This document shows, one piece after another, positions 33,947-44,262 of a stretch of 64,000 nucleotides of DNA. Position 1 is the stretch's first letter, and each line of letters begins with the position of its first letter. The notes under the pieces were generated by a model. The model did not search any database, had not been told where the DNA came from, and was given only the letters and a program-made list of their open reading frames with translations. The position numbers and the translations under genes are program-made. This DNA is from an uncultured delta proteobacterium. Its GTDB lineage: Bacteria; Desulfobacterota; Desulfobacteria; Desulfobacterales; Desulfatirhabdiaceae. The DNA lies in contig CAWBKP010000025.1 of assembly GCA_963789395.1 (NCBI GenBank), forward strand, positions 32,001-96,000, given 5' to 3'.

Positions 33947-36900
33947 ATATTGCCAGACTTTTTATCGGAAGGCCGGTAATGACCACACTGGTCATGGCCG
34001 GGCTGCTTGTTTTCGGGGTGATGGCTTATCGGGTGCTGCCGGTCAGCGATCTGCCGAATGTGGATTTCCCGACAATTCAGGTGACCGCCAGGCTTCCCGG
34101 AGCCAATCCCGATACCATGGCAGCCAGCGTTGCCACGCCATTGGAGCGGGAGTTTTCTACCATTGCCGGTATTGACTCCATGTCATCTTCCAGTACGCTT
34201 GGCATCACGCGGATAACGATTCAGTTCAGCCTGGACAGAAGTATCGATGCCGCCGCCCAGGACGTTCAATCCGCCATTGCCAAGGCCGCCCGGAAACTGC
34301 CGCCGGATATGCCGACGCCGCCGACCTACCAGAAGGTGAATCCCGCGGATTCACCCGTATTTTACCTGGCACTGTCTTCTCCCACCTTGCCGCTGTCTGC
34401 GGTGAATGAATACGCGGACACCATGATCGCCCAGCGGATATCCATGCTGAGCGGCGTGGCCCAGGTCAACATTTACGGTGCCAAAAAATATGCGGTGCGG
34501 GTGCAGCTGGACCCCAAGGCCATGGCTTCCCGGGGAATCGGCATTGATGAGGTTCAAAAGGCGATTTCGCAGGGCAACGTGAATCTGCCGACCGGCACCC
34601 TCTACGGTGAACACCAGGCCTTCAATATTCAGACCAGTGGCCAGCTCATGGATGCCAGAAGCTTCCGGCCGCTGATCGTGTCCTGGCGAAACGGCTCTCC
34701 GATCCGACTTGAAGAAATCGGCACGGTCTCAGACAGCGTTGAAAGCGATAAAAGCATCACCTGGCGTAATAATGTCCGCTCCATAGTGCTTGCCATTCAG
34801 CGCCAGCCCGGAACCAACACCGTTGCCGTAGTCAATGAAATCCGAAAACTTCTTCCCGTATTTGAAAAACAGCTTCCCGCGGCGGTCGAGCTTTCGGTCA
34901 TGATCGACCGTTCCGAATCCATCCGCGATTCGGTCAATGATGTCAAATTTACGCTCACGCTCACGATCTGCCTGGTCATTCTGGTTATTTTCATCTTTCT
35001 GAGAAGCCTGTCCGCCACCCTCATTCCCAGCATGGCGCTTCCCATGTCCATTATTGTGACATTCGCAGCCATGTATCTGATGGGATTCAGCGTGGACAAC
35101 CTGTCGCTGATGGCGCTGACCCTTGCGGTCGGATTCGTGGTGGATGACGCCATCGTGATGCTGGAGAATATCGTCCGGCATCTGGAGATGGGAAAGGGCG
35201 TTCTTCAGGCATCACTGGACGGGTCCCGGGAAATCAGCTTCACCATTGTTTCCATGACCATTTCCCTGGCGGCGGTATTTATTCCGGTGCTGTTCATGGG
35301 CGGGATTGTCGGCAGACTGTTCCGGGAATTTTCTCTGGTCATTACCGTGGCCATTCTCTTATCCGGATTCGTATCGCTGAGTCTCACCCCCATGCTGTGC
35401 AGCCTTTTTTTAAGGCCCAGACAGGAAGTGCATCACGGCCGGATTTATATGGCGACAGAGTCTTTTTTCAACGGCATGCTCTGGCTGTATGAAAAAACCT
35501 TAAAAGGCGCTCTGCGGTTGCACTGGTTGACGTTTCTGATATCGGTGGTTGTGTTGATCGCCACCGTCCAGCTGTTCCGTATCAGTCCCAAGGGGTTTTT
35601 GCCCAGCGAGGATATCGGCCAGATCATGGGGTTTACCGAGGCATCCCAGGACATATCCTTTGATTCGATGGTACGTCACCAGTCGGCCCTGCACGAGATT
35701 CTGGCAGCAGAACCGGCCATTGAAACCTATATGTCTTCCGTGGGTGCAGGGGGGCCGAATGCTTCCGGAAATTCCGGCAGGTTTTTCATGCGCCTGAAGC
35801 CCCGCCGCGAGCGAAAGGAAAGCGCGGATGAGCTGATCCAGAAGCTCCGGCCCAAACTGGCGAACGTGCCGGGAATTCAGGCGTTTTTAATGAATCCGCC
35901 TGCCATCAACATCGGCGGAAGGGCCACCAAGGGGCTGTATCAATACACATTGCAGGGGCCGGATACGGACGAGTTGTACCGCGTTGCCGTGGTACTCGAG
36001 AAAAAGATGAAAGAGATGTCCAATATCCAGGATGTCAACAGTGATCTTCAGATGAAGAACCCGGAAATTCGCATTGATATCAACCGGGACAAGGCATCCG
36101 CCCTGGGAATTACGGCCGGCCAGATTGAAAGCGCCCTGCAAAACGCTTACGGTTCAAACCAGGTGTCTACCATATACGCGCCGACCGACAGCTATCAGGT
36201 GATCATGGAACTCCAGCCCCAGTATCAGAGAGAGCCGTCCGCCCTGTCACTGCTCTACATCCGGTCTGCCGGCGGGAGCCTGGTACCACTGGATACGGTA
36301 GCCACGTTGACCTCGGGTGTGGGACCGCTTTCGGTCAATCATTCCGGACAGTTTCCGTCCGTTACCATTTCATTCAATCTCAAGCCCGAGGTGTCACTCG
36401 GGGATGCGGTTTCCGAAGTCGAATCGTTTGCGCGTACCCTGCTTCCGGCAACGATCAGCGGCAATTTTCAGGGAACGGCACAGGCGTTTCAGTCCTCTTT
36501 CAAGGGAATGGTGGGGCTGCTGGTGATGGCCATACTGGTCATCTACATTGTTCTGGGAATTCTTTACGAAAGCTTCATTCATCCGCTGACCATTCTATCC
36601 GGACTGCCTTCCGCGGGGTTCGGTGCGCTCCTGACCCTGTACATCTTTAAAGTGGACCTTAGCCTGTATGCATTTGTCGGGATTATCATGCTGATCGGAA
36701 TCGTGAAGAAAAACGCCATCATGATGATCGACTTTGCACTGGAGGCGGAGCGCAGGGAAAATAAAAGTCCCCGGGATGCGATTGTCGAAGGATGCCTGGT
36801 CCGGTTCAGGCCCATCATGATGACCACCATGGCAGCCATCATGGGGACACTGCCCATCGCCATCGGATTCGGGGCAGGCGCCGAAGCCAGGCGGCCGCTC

Positions 36901-37059
36901 GGGCTTGCCGTGGTCGGCGGGCTGGTATTTTCCCAACTCCTGACCCTTTACATCACTCCGGTGTATTATATTTACCTGGATACGCTGAAGAAAAGAGTGC
37001 AAACATTTTTTGCAAGGCACTCTTTAAACGTGCCGGATACACAGGCGCCGCTGGGGTGA
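33943..37059 (+). CDS. RND efflux permease (MdtB/MdtC-like)
   Basis: GTG start; FIGRPVMTT, LPNVDFPTI, GFVVDDAIVMLEN, GIVKKNAIMM, RFRPIMMTT. Confidence 0.94.
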   Translation: MNIARLFIGRPVMTTLVMAGLLVFGVMAYRVLPVSDLPNVDFPTIQVTARLPGANPDTMAASVATPLEREFSTIAGIDSMSSSSTLGITRITIQFSLDRSIDAAAQDVQSAIAKAARKLPPDMPTPPTYQKVNPADSPVFYLALSSPTLPLSAVNEYADTMIAQRISMLSGVAQVNIYGAKKYAVRVQLDPKAMASRGIGIDEVQKAISQGNVNLPTGTLYGEHQAFNIQTSGQLMDARSFRPLIVSWRNGSPIRLEEIGTVSDSVESDKSITWRNNVRSIVLAIQRQPGTNTVAVVNEIRKLLPVFEKQLPAAVELSVMIDRSESIRDSVNDVKFTLTLTICLVILVIFIFLRSLSATLIPSMALPMSIIVTFAAMYLMGFSVDNLSLMALTLAVGFVVDDAIVMLENIVRHLEMGKGVLQASLDGSREISFTIVSMTISLAAVFIPVLFMGGIVGRLFREFSLVITVAILLSGFVSLSLTPMLCSLFLRPRQEVHHGRIYMATESFFNGMLWLYEKTLKGALRLHWLTFLISVVVLIATVQLFRISPKGFLPSEDIGQIMGFTEASQDISFDSMVRHQSALHEILAAEPAIETYMSSVGAGGPNASGNSGRFFMRLKPRRERKESADELIQKLRPKLANVPGIQAFLMNPPAINIGGRATKGLYQYTLQGPDTDELYRVAVVLEKKMKEMSNIQDVNSDLQMKNPEIRIDINRDKASALGITAGQIESALQNAYGSNQVSTIYAPTDSYQVIMELQPQYQREPSALSLLYIRSAGGSLVPLDTVATLTSGVGPLSVNHSGQFPSVTISFNLKPEVSLGDAVSEVESFARTLLPATISGNFQGTAQAFQSSFKGMVGLLVMAILVIYIVLGILYESFIHPLTILSGLPSAGFGALLTLYIFKVDLSLYAFVGIIMLIGIVKKNAIMMIDFALEAERRENKSPRDAIVEGCLVRFRPIMMTTMAAIMGTLPIAIGFGAGAEARRPLGLAVVGGLVFSQLLTLYITPVYYIYLDTLKKRVQTFFARHSLNVPDTQAPLG

Positions 37060-37778
37060 TTTTGTCGATCGACGCTATATAAGCGGCGACACCCGGCCAG
37101 TTTTCGCCGGTTTTCAATGAAGCGTTTGTCTTTAAACCCGGGTTTCCAGGTCAGGCTGGAAAGATCATCGGAAACAACCAGAATCGCCGAAAGTGCTACC
37201 CCCAGAAATGCGGATACCGTGAACAGGGCGGACAGCTCCATTTCAACGGCAAGGACGCCTTGATTCTGAAAATGCAGCACCTTTTCGGGTGTTTCCCGAA
37301 AAATGGCATCCGTTGTCCAGATGGCGCCTTCGTGAAATGAAATAGATTCTTTTTTCAGCAGATCCGTGATGCTGCGGGTCAGGGGAATAGACGGCCGTGC
37401 GGTTGGGCCGGGTTGGGGTGTGTAAGCCCGTGATGTGCCTTCGTCAATCCAGGCCAGGTTGGGAACAAGAATATCCCCGATTGAAAGGGCTGAAGAAATG
37501 GCGCCGCACCAGCCCAGGAAAAAGATTTGCCTTGCGCCCCATGCAGCCAGAGTTTCCAGGATCATGACGGCATAGGGCGCGCCCATCAGCGGGCCGGATA
37601 GAAAAATGCCGTCATCCCGGATATAAAGCTGGCTCATGTAAAGGGACCTGGGGCGCCGGTCCCCCAGTTCCAGGGCAGCCGTCAATGCCGGCAGATCGGT
37701 CCGGGTTGCGGACAGCACCCCCAGCGGACCCGTCCGGGGGGTGTTGGGGGTGACAATGGGCTGGACAATGCCTTCCAT
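36972..37778 (-). CDS. Nucleoside phosphorylase (PNP/UDP family); 3' end uncertain
   Basis: GAPYAV, GWCGA, DEGTS, WTTDAIFRET, VEMELSA, VSD. Confidence 0.85.
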   Translation of the reverse strand: MEGIVQPIVTPNTPRTGPLGVLSATRTDLPALTAALELGDRRPRSLYMSQLYIRDDGIFLSGPLMGAPYAVMILETLAAWGARQIFFLGWCGAISSALSIGDILVPNLAWIDEGTSRAYTPQPGPTARPSIPLTRSITDLLKKESISFHEGAIWTTDAIFRETPEKVLHFQNQGVLAVEMELSALFTVSAFLGVALSAILVVSDDLSSLTWKPGFKDKRFIENRRKLAGCRRLYSVDRQNHPSGACVSGTFKECLAKNVCTLFFSVSR

Positions 37779-38032
37779 TATTCCGGGCTGACTCGTTTGG
37801 CCATTTCTTCCTTGATTTCATCAATCAACTCGTAAAGCCACATGACATCCTCCATGGTCAGACGTCCGGCCTTGGCCGGCGCGCGCTGCCCGCCTTCTTT
37901 CTTATTCAGAATGCGGGGCCCGATCTGGAGTTTGGGCTGTCCTTTGTCATATTGATTGATTGAAATGATCAGGCCGGTTTCTTCGCATTTCCAGGCCTTC
38001 AGAACTTTGTCTTTTTCAGGATCAAACGCCAT
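37778..38032 (-). CDS. Small conserved protein, PC4/YdbC-like fold candidate
   Basis: 84 aa, good RBS (GGAGGAG); QYDKGQPKLQIGPR...GRL pattern. Confidence 0.6.
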   Translation of the reverse strand: MAFDPEKDKVLKAWKCEETGLIISINQYDKGQPKLQIGPRILNKKEGGQRAPAKAGRLTMEDVMWLYELIDEIKEEMAKRVSPE

Positions 38033-38077
38033 CTGTACTCCTCCATAAAAATATATTTATCATAACCATACAATAAA

Positions 38078-38227
38078 AAATTTGAAATCCGATACAACGA
38101 TCAAACATTCATAAAATAGAAATCCGAAGCAGGAAATTCGAAACAATGATCAAACCTGTGTGTTCCATTCATTTTGACATTGGAATTTTGAATTTGTTTC
38201 GAATTTCGATATTCGGATTTCGAATTT
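38078..38227. repeat. Heptamer-periodic inverted-repeat element (complete copy)
   Basis: AAATCCGAAGCAGGAAATTCGAAACAATG ... GAATTTTGAATTTGTTTCGAATTTCGATATTCGGATTTCGAATTT. Confidence 0.85.
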
Positions 38228-38269
38228 ATCCGAACGGTTTTCCCGTTCAGACATCAGCTCCCATACATA

Positions 38270-40348
38270 TCAACCGGATATTTTGGTAAAATCAGCGATC
38301 GAATCGAACAAAGAACTGATCCGCTCCAAAAGCGTCAGCCGGTTTTTTCGAATTTCCGGGTCTTCTGCCATGACCAGAACCGCCACAAAAAAAGCATCCA
38401 CGGAGTTTCGAAGAGAAGCCATGTCCCGGAGTCCCTGGGCGAAATTTCCCTGATTCAGATGTCGGTCCACCTGTTTTTTAACCGTCTGATAGGCGTCATA
38501 CAGGGCGGATTCGCAGGGATCCTGGAACAGGGATGTATCGATTCTGGATGAAAACGGAGTATCCGCTTTTTTCACGATGTTGGCCACCCGTTTGAAAGCA
38601 ATGGCAAGCGGTTCAAAATCCGGCGCTTTTTTCAAATCTTCAAGAGCGCGAACCCGATTCCAGACATTGGGAATGTGGTCCGAGGAAGCGCTGAGGACTG
38701 CGGCAATGCTGTCCTTGGCAAAACCCTGTTCCGCCAGTAAAAAAGACATGCGATTCTGGAAAAATGCCTGAACCGAAATCGCGGTTTGCTGAATATGGCC
38801 GGCATCGAATTGATCATAGATGTGAAGGCTGGTTTCAAGAATTTTTGTTAGTGAAAATGAAAAATTTTGATTCAGCATGATCTGAATAACGCCGATAGCC
38901 TGTCTGCGGAGAGCATACGGGTCGGACGCACCGGTCGGGGACAGACCGACACTGAAGCATCCGCACAGACTGTCCACTTTATCGGCGATGCTGAGAATGG
39001 AACCCATCAGCGTTTCCGGAAGCTGGCCGCCGGATGATGTGGGACGATAGTGCTCTTCGATGGCAATGGCGACGGCTTCGGGTTCTCCGGATTTTTGCGC
39101 ATAGACCTTTCCCATGGCGCCCTGAAGTTTCGGAAACTCTACCACCATCTGGGTGACCAGGTCGGCCTTGGACAGCCGGGCGCAGCGGGAAAGCATCTGT
39201 ATATCACCGGCATTCAGCCCGGCTTCAGCGCCGATGAATTCGGCCAGTTTCTGCACGCGAAGGGTTTTATCATAGACAGTACCCAGCTTTGCCTGAAAAA
39301 GAACCCCTTTAAGCCTGTCCACACAGGTATCCAGCGGCGTCTCCAGATCGGCCCGGTAAAAAAACCGGGCGTCGCTCAGCCTGGCCCGCAAGACGCGTTC
39401 ATGGCCCTTGGCCACGATGTCCATGTCTTTGGCGCGGGTGTTGTTGACCGCGATAAAACAGGGCATGAGTTTTTCGTTTCGATCAATGACAGCAAAGTAT
39501 TTTTGATGCTCCCGCATGGAGGTGATCAGCACTTTGTCCGGAAGTTCCAGAAAGAGGGGATCAAATTTTCCGGCCACAGCCACCGGGTATTCAACAAGAT
39601 TGGTGACGATGTCGGCCAGTTCATTATCCGGAAACACTTTTCCGCCCAGACGTTTGGCGATTCCGGATATTTCCTTGTTCACCCGCTTTTTTCGTTCCGC
39701 CACATCAACCAGGACATGGGCGTCTCGCATGGCATCGCCATAGGCCGATGGTTCGGCGATCTTGATTTTGCCGGGGCTCATAAACCGGTGACCCAGTACA
39801 AAACGGTTGCTGGCAATGTTTCCCACGGTAAAGGAAATGACTCTCTCGCCGTATAGTGCAAGGATGGTGTGAATGGGCCTGGTAAACTGAATCCGTAGAT
39901 CCCCCCACTTCATGATTTTGGGAAAAGGCGTGGCCAGGATCAAATCCGGCAGCAGGGTTTTCAGGATAGCCAGGGTGGGCTGACCCTTATCAATCACCTC
40001 GGCGCAAAGATATTTCCCTTTGGGTGTTTCCTTCACGGTCAGTCGATCCATCGGCAGATTGACTTTTTCTGAAAATTTTTCTGCAGCCACGGTTGGCTTG
40101 CCTTTTTCCGTAAACGCCACTTTGACCGGTGGCCCCAGGACTTCCATTTCCAGCGCGGACTGTTTGGGGGCAACGGCCTGGACTTCGACCGCCAGCCGTT
40201 TGGGAGTTCCGTAAGTTCGGGCCTTGCCATACGCAATACGGGCGTCACTCAGCTTTTGAACCAGCGCGGATGACAGAAAGGACAGGGCAGGCTCGATATA
40301 GCCGGCCGGGATTTCTTCGCATCCGATTTCAAGTAAAATCGTATCCAT
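38270..40348 (-). CDS. glyS: Glycine-tRNA ligase beta subunit
   Basis: LLEIGCEEIPA, TPKRLA, HQKYF, EFPKLQG, DPYALRR, NRL. Confidence 0.96.
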   Translation of the reverse strand: MDTILLEIGCEEIPAGYIEPALSFLSSALVQKLSDARIAYGKARTYGTPKRLAVEVQAVAPKQSALEMEVLGPPVKVAFTEKGKPTVAAEKFSEKVNLPMDRLTVKETPKGKYLCAEVIDKGQPTLAILKTLLPDLILATPFPKIMKWGDLRIQFTRPIHTILALYGERVISFTVGNIASNRFVLGHRFMSPGKIKIAEPSAYGDAMRDAHVLVDVAERKKRVNKEISGIAKRLGGKVFPDNELADIVTNLVEYPVAVAGKFDPLFLELPDKVLITSMREHQKYFAVIDRNEKLMPCFIAVNNTRAKDMDIVAKGHERVLRARLSDARFFYRADLETPLDTCVDRLKGVLFQAKLGTVYDKTLRVQKLAEFIGAEAGLNAGDIQMLSRCARLSKADLVTQMVVEFPKLQGAMGKVYAQKSGEPEAVAIAIEEHYRPTSSGGQLPETLMGSILSIADKVDSLCGCFSVGLSPTGASDPYALRRQAIGVIQIMLNQNFSFSLTKILETSLHIYDQFDAGHIQQTAISVQAFFQNRMSFLLAEQGFAKDSIAAVLSASSDHIPNVWNRVRALEDLKKAPDFEPLAIAFKRVANIVKKADTPFSSRIDTSLFQDPCESALYDAYQTVKKQVDRHLNQGNFAQGLRDMASLRNSVDAFFVAVLVMAEDPEIRKNRLTLLERISSLFDSIADFTKISG

Positions 40349-40357
40349 TTTTCCTCG

Positions 40358-41230
40358 TTATCCTTTTTTCAGAAGGGGGAAGTCCATCGCTTCCCGCTGT
40401 TTCAGATAGGCTTCAGCGCAGGCCCTGGCCAGGTTCCGGATCCGGGTGATATAGCCGGTTCGTTCGGTGACGCTGATGGCGCCTCTGGCGTCAAGAAGAT
40501 TGAAGGTGTGCGAGCATTTGAGGCAGTATTCGTAGGCGGGAAGGACCAGGGACCCGTCGATGATCCGTCTGGATTCAGCCTCATACTGGTTGAAAAGGGA
40601 AAAAAGCATTTCCACATCCGCGGCTTCAAAATTGTAGGTGGACTGCTCCACTTCCTGCTGGTGGTGGACCTGGCCGTAGGTCACCTCGTTGTTCCATTTC
40701 AGGTCATAGACATTGTCAACTCCCTGAAGGTACATGGCAAGCCGCTCCAGCCCGTAGGTCAGCTCAACGGATATGGGATGGAGCTCGATGCTGCCGGCCA
40801 GCTGGAAATACGTGAACTGGGTGACTTCCATGCCGTCCAGCCAGACTTCCCATCCCAGTCCGGATGCGCCCAGCGTGGGGGACTCCCAGTCATCTTCGAC
40901 AAAGCGGATGTCATGGGCCATAGGGTCGATGCCCAGCGCCTTCAGGCTTTGAAGATACAGGTCCTGTACATCGAGCGGGGAGGGTTTGAGCAGCACCTGA
41001 AATTGATAATAGTGCTGAAGCCGGTTGGGGTTGTCTCCGTAACGGCCGTCCGTGGGCCGCCTGGAAGGCTGGACATAGGCGACATTCCAGGGCTCCGGCC
41101 CAAGGGCCTTTAACAGAGTGAAATGATGAAAGGTTCCGGCCCCTACCTGAAGATCGTAGGGCTGAACCAGAACGCATCCTTTCGCTCCCCAGAATTTCTG
41201 CAAATTCAATATCACATCCTGAAAGTTCAT
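40358..41230 (-). CDS. glyQ: Glycine-tRNA ligase alpha subunit
   Basis: [28 protein letters not shown]. Confidence 0.97.
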   Translation of the reverse strand: MNFQDVILNLQKFWGAKGCVLVQPYDLQVGAGTFHHFTLLKALGPEPWNVAYVQPSRRPTDGRYGDNPNRLQHYYQFQVLLKPSPLDVQDLYLQSLKALGIDPMAHDIRFVEDDWESPTLGASGLGWEVWLDGMEVTQFTYFQLAGSIELHPISVELTYGLERLAMYLQGVDNVYDLKWNNEVTYGQVHHQQEVEQSTYNFEAADVEMLFSLFNQYEAESRRIIDGSLVLPAYEYCLKCSHTFNLLDARGAISVTERTGYITRIRNLARACAEAYLKQREAMDFPLLKKG

Positions 41231-41499
41231 TGTTATCCTCACGGTTAATCGAAGAAAAAGTTCTGAAAAACTGAATGTCAACGTGACTATAAATGATTAA
41301 ACCATTAATCTATATTTATCTGCCGACTTTTTCAACTGCATATCTTTATCATTCTGTCATAAATCGATTATGGATAAAACAGATTTATTCCCCGTCGGTT
41401 CTTAAAATCAGTGCTCGGTTCCGGCGTAGATCCACATGGGTTCGGTCTTTCCGGCTTCGGGCGCATAACGCCGCCATGGATTAGACGCTTATTACAACG

Positions 41500-41557
41500 A
41501 TAAAAATAAAGGGTCGTGTATCAACCTGTTCTGGAACAAAGTTGATACGCGACCCTT
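41500..41557 (-). terminator. Intrinsic terminator downstream of carbonic anhydrase
   Basis: 17-bp stem AAGGGTCGTGTATCAAC / GTTGATACGCGACCCTT followed on the minus strand by TATTTTTA. Confidence 0.7.
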
Positions 41558-41584
41558 GCCGAAATATGATGTTCTGTGTCAATC

Positions 41585-42313
41585 CTACTTGAACAGCGTT
41601 ACCACGCCGTCATCCAGGTCATACTTGGCGGCCACGATCTTTATTTTTTTCGCATCGGCCAGATGCTTGAGAATCGCGGATTTCCGTGTCAGGGTGGCAG
41701 CCACGGTTTTGGCATTGGCATCGATCACGCATTCCACAAACTCGCTTTTCCGGGTTTCAGCGCATTTTTTCTCGCCCTTGCAGGCTGCGCAATCCTTGGC
41801 GGCCAATTTGATGTTGGGTTCAATGACCTTCACGATGGCATCGATGTTGACGCTTCCGGTGCTCTTGCCTTTTGCGTCCACAGAGGCTGTTACCGCTCCG
41901 CAGCGCTCATGTCCCAGCACCATGATCAGGGGAGATCCCAGATGCTCGGCGGCATATTCGATGCTTCCGAGAACGACCGGATCCGGGATGTTTCCGGCAA
42001 CGCGTATCACAAAAATCTCACCCAGACCTTTATCGAAAATAATTTCCGGCGGCACCCGGGAATCCGAACAGGTGAGGATGATGGCATAGGGTTTCTGGGA
42101 TTTGGCCAGCGATGTGCGGGTGGCGGCGTCGCTCATCGCGGCGTTTGTCAGCCTGTTTCCGACAAATTGCTTGTTGCCGTCCATCAGTTTTTGCAGCGCC
42201 TCGTCCGGCAGACATGCCGGCTCCGCTTCCCGGGGTTGAGAACGCGATCCCTGCTGCAAGGCGACGAATCCAACGGTTGCCACAACGGCTCTCATCATGC
42301 TTTTCCTTGTCAT
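41585..42313 (-). CDS. Beta-class carbonic anhydrase, probably exported
   Basis: CSDSRVPPE, RVAGN, GSIEYA, GHERCGAV. Confidence 0.93.
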   Translation of the reverse strand: MTRKSMMRAVVATVGFVALQQGSRSQPREAEPACLPDEALQKLMDGNKQFVGNRLTNAAMSDAATRTSLAKSQKPYAIILTCSDSRVPPEIIFDKGLGEIFVIRVAGNIPDPVVLGSIEYAAEHLGSPLIMVLGHERCGAVTASVDAKGKSTGSVNIDAIVKVIEPNIKLAAKDCAACKGEKKCAETRKSEFVECVIDANAKTVAATLTRKSAILKHLADAKKIKIVAAKYDLDDGVVTLFK

Positions 42314-42383
42314 ATCGCGTATCTCCTTTGTTGAATTGTCCTCTATTTCGGGTTGAATATGAAGCAATTGACAGCAAGGTTCA

Positions 42384-43447
42384 TCAAGGTGATTCCACAA
42401 TCAACCCATTCGGATCGATCCGGACATCCAGAAGATGTGCCTGCGGGTTTTGCGTCAGAAATTTTCTCCCAGTCGTTTCGAAGCAGATCCATGGGGCCGG
42501 TTTCCCCGATGGCCCAGATGCAGCCGCCGCCTCCGGCCCCTGTAAACCGGCCGCCGCAGTTTCGATGAATGGCCGCCTGAATGAGCTTGATGCCCATGTC
42601 ATCCAGAACATCCGGAGTCATTTGCCGGCGGACGGCGGTTTCCAGATTCATGATGTCCGCGGCCTGCTGATACTTACGGTCACGGAGAGCTTCGGCAAAC
42701 CGGTGGGTGTGATCCACGATGGACAGCCATTCTTTCCGGGTGGCGCCTGCAATAAACTGGTCCACCCATATGCGGTTGATCTGCCGGGACTCGTGTGGAA
42801 TGCCGCAATAGGCCACGAGTATGTGACGGAAAAAAGTCATCATGAAAGGGTTTGGTGACCAAAACTTTTCGCCGGAATCCGCCGGCGTTCAGGGCATTTT
42901 CCCAGTACCAGGCATTGACGCCGCCATAGGCGGCTGCCAGTTGATCCTGAAATCCGCAGGGCACGCCGGCCACACTTTCTTCAATGGCATGTGCCAGCAG
43001 AACAATCTGTTTGCGGGTCAGGCGCTTTTGACCGGCCTTTTCCTGAAGCCGGGACAGGGCCGCAACCAGGGCAATGGCTGCGGCTGAAGATCCGCCCAGG
43101 GCGCTTCGGGGCGGAGATGCCGAATCGATATCGATATGGATGCCGCCGACACCGAAATAAGCGGCAATGGCAAACATCAGACCCAGAGGATGGTTGTACG
43201 GCGCGGCATCTTCTGGAAAGGAGACGCTTTCAAAGCCGGTGGAACTCACTTTTACCTGGCCCTGAAGATAGGGGTGAATCCGGACCCGGGTTCTCAAGTT
43301 GATTGCGGCATTGACCGTGCAGGGGGACAGGCGTCTGAGCGGCAGATGGAAAGTCTTGATATCGAGCGTGCCGCCCATGTCGATCCGGCAGGGAGCGGAT
43401 GCTGCGATCGGCGCGGATTCCAGAATATTTCGATAAATGTCATGCAT
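42384..43447 (-). CDS. GHMP family sugar kinase (HddA-like), frameshifted
   Basis: APCRIDMGGTLD, SALGGSS, GFQDQ, FTGAGGGGC. Confidence 0.85.
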
Positions 43448-43451
43448 GAAT

Positions 43452-44234
43452 TTACTCCGAGGTTCCCAGCTCTTTCCGGAACTGGCGCAGAACCGAAAGG
43501 CTCCTGGGTTCTTTCCCGAGATGATAGGGAACAAATGCTTCCAGAAAGCCGAGACTTTCCTGAATGGACTGAGTGGAAAGCCGGGCTCTGGCAATTTTGC
43601 TCCAGTCCCCGCATCCCATCCACTGCAGCTGCTTGATCGTCCCCCTGGACAGATAGACCATTGGTGAAACAGCACGATTGCAGGCAGAACAAATCACGCC
43701 GCCTCTGGCAAAATTAATTCCGATCCGGCATCCATTCAGGCAATCCATTTCGGTATGGCAAAGGCAGCAGGTGCTGAAATTGGGAGAGAACCCCGAAATG
43801 ATCATCAACGTCATTTGAAACACGATGCTCAGCAGTTCATCCTGCAGATCGCTTCGGTCCAGCCTGTCCAGTACCTGGTACAGCAGATCGAATGCCCGGG
43901 GCTGGGCCACGTCCGCCTCCATCCAGTTATTGAGAATCTCCGCAAAATAACTGGCATAGGCTGTTTTCTTGAAATCCGAACGTATCCGGGAAAACGGATG
44001 CCGGAGGGTTGCTTCCTGAAGTACAGGCAGGCGGCCCTTGCCGGTTGAGCAAACCATATCGCACGCAGAGAACAGATCCAGTACACCGCAAAACCGCTTC
44101 CTGCTTTTTCTGGCGGATTTGGCAATCAGGGAGATTTTGCCGCGGGTCAGGGAAAAAACCGTCAAAATCAGATCATCCTCACCAAAATCAACCCGTCTGA
44201 GCAAAATAGCAGGTGTGGTAAAACAGATTGCCAT
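43452..44234 (-). CDS. recO: DNA repair protein RecO
   Basis: EDDLIL...GKISLIAKSARKSRKRF, C4 Zn finger. Confidence 0.92.
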   Translation of the reverse strand: MAICFTTPAILLRRVDFGEDDLILTVFSLTRGKISLIAKSARKSRKRFCGVLDLFSACDMVCSTGKGRLPVLQEATLRHPFSRIRSDFKKTAYASYFAEILNNWMEADVAQPRAFDLLYQVLDRLDRSDLQDELLSIVFQMTLMIISGFSPNFSTCCLCHTEMDCLNGCRIGINFARGGVICSACNRAVSPMVYLSRGTIKQLQWMGCGDWSKIARARLSTQSIQESLGFLEAFVPYHLGKEPRSLSVLRQFRKELGTSE

Positions 44235-44262
44235 AACCCGTCACGCTCTGACGCCTTCCCGC

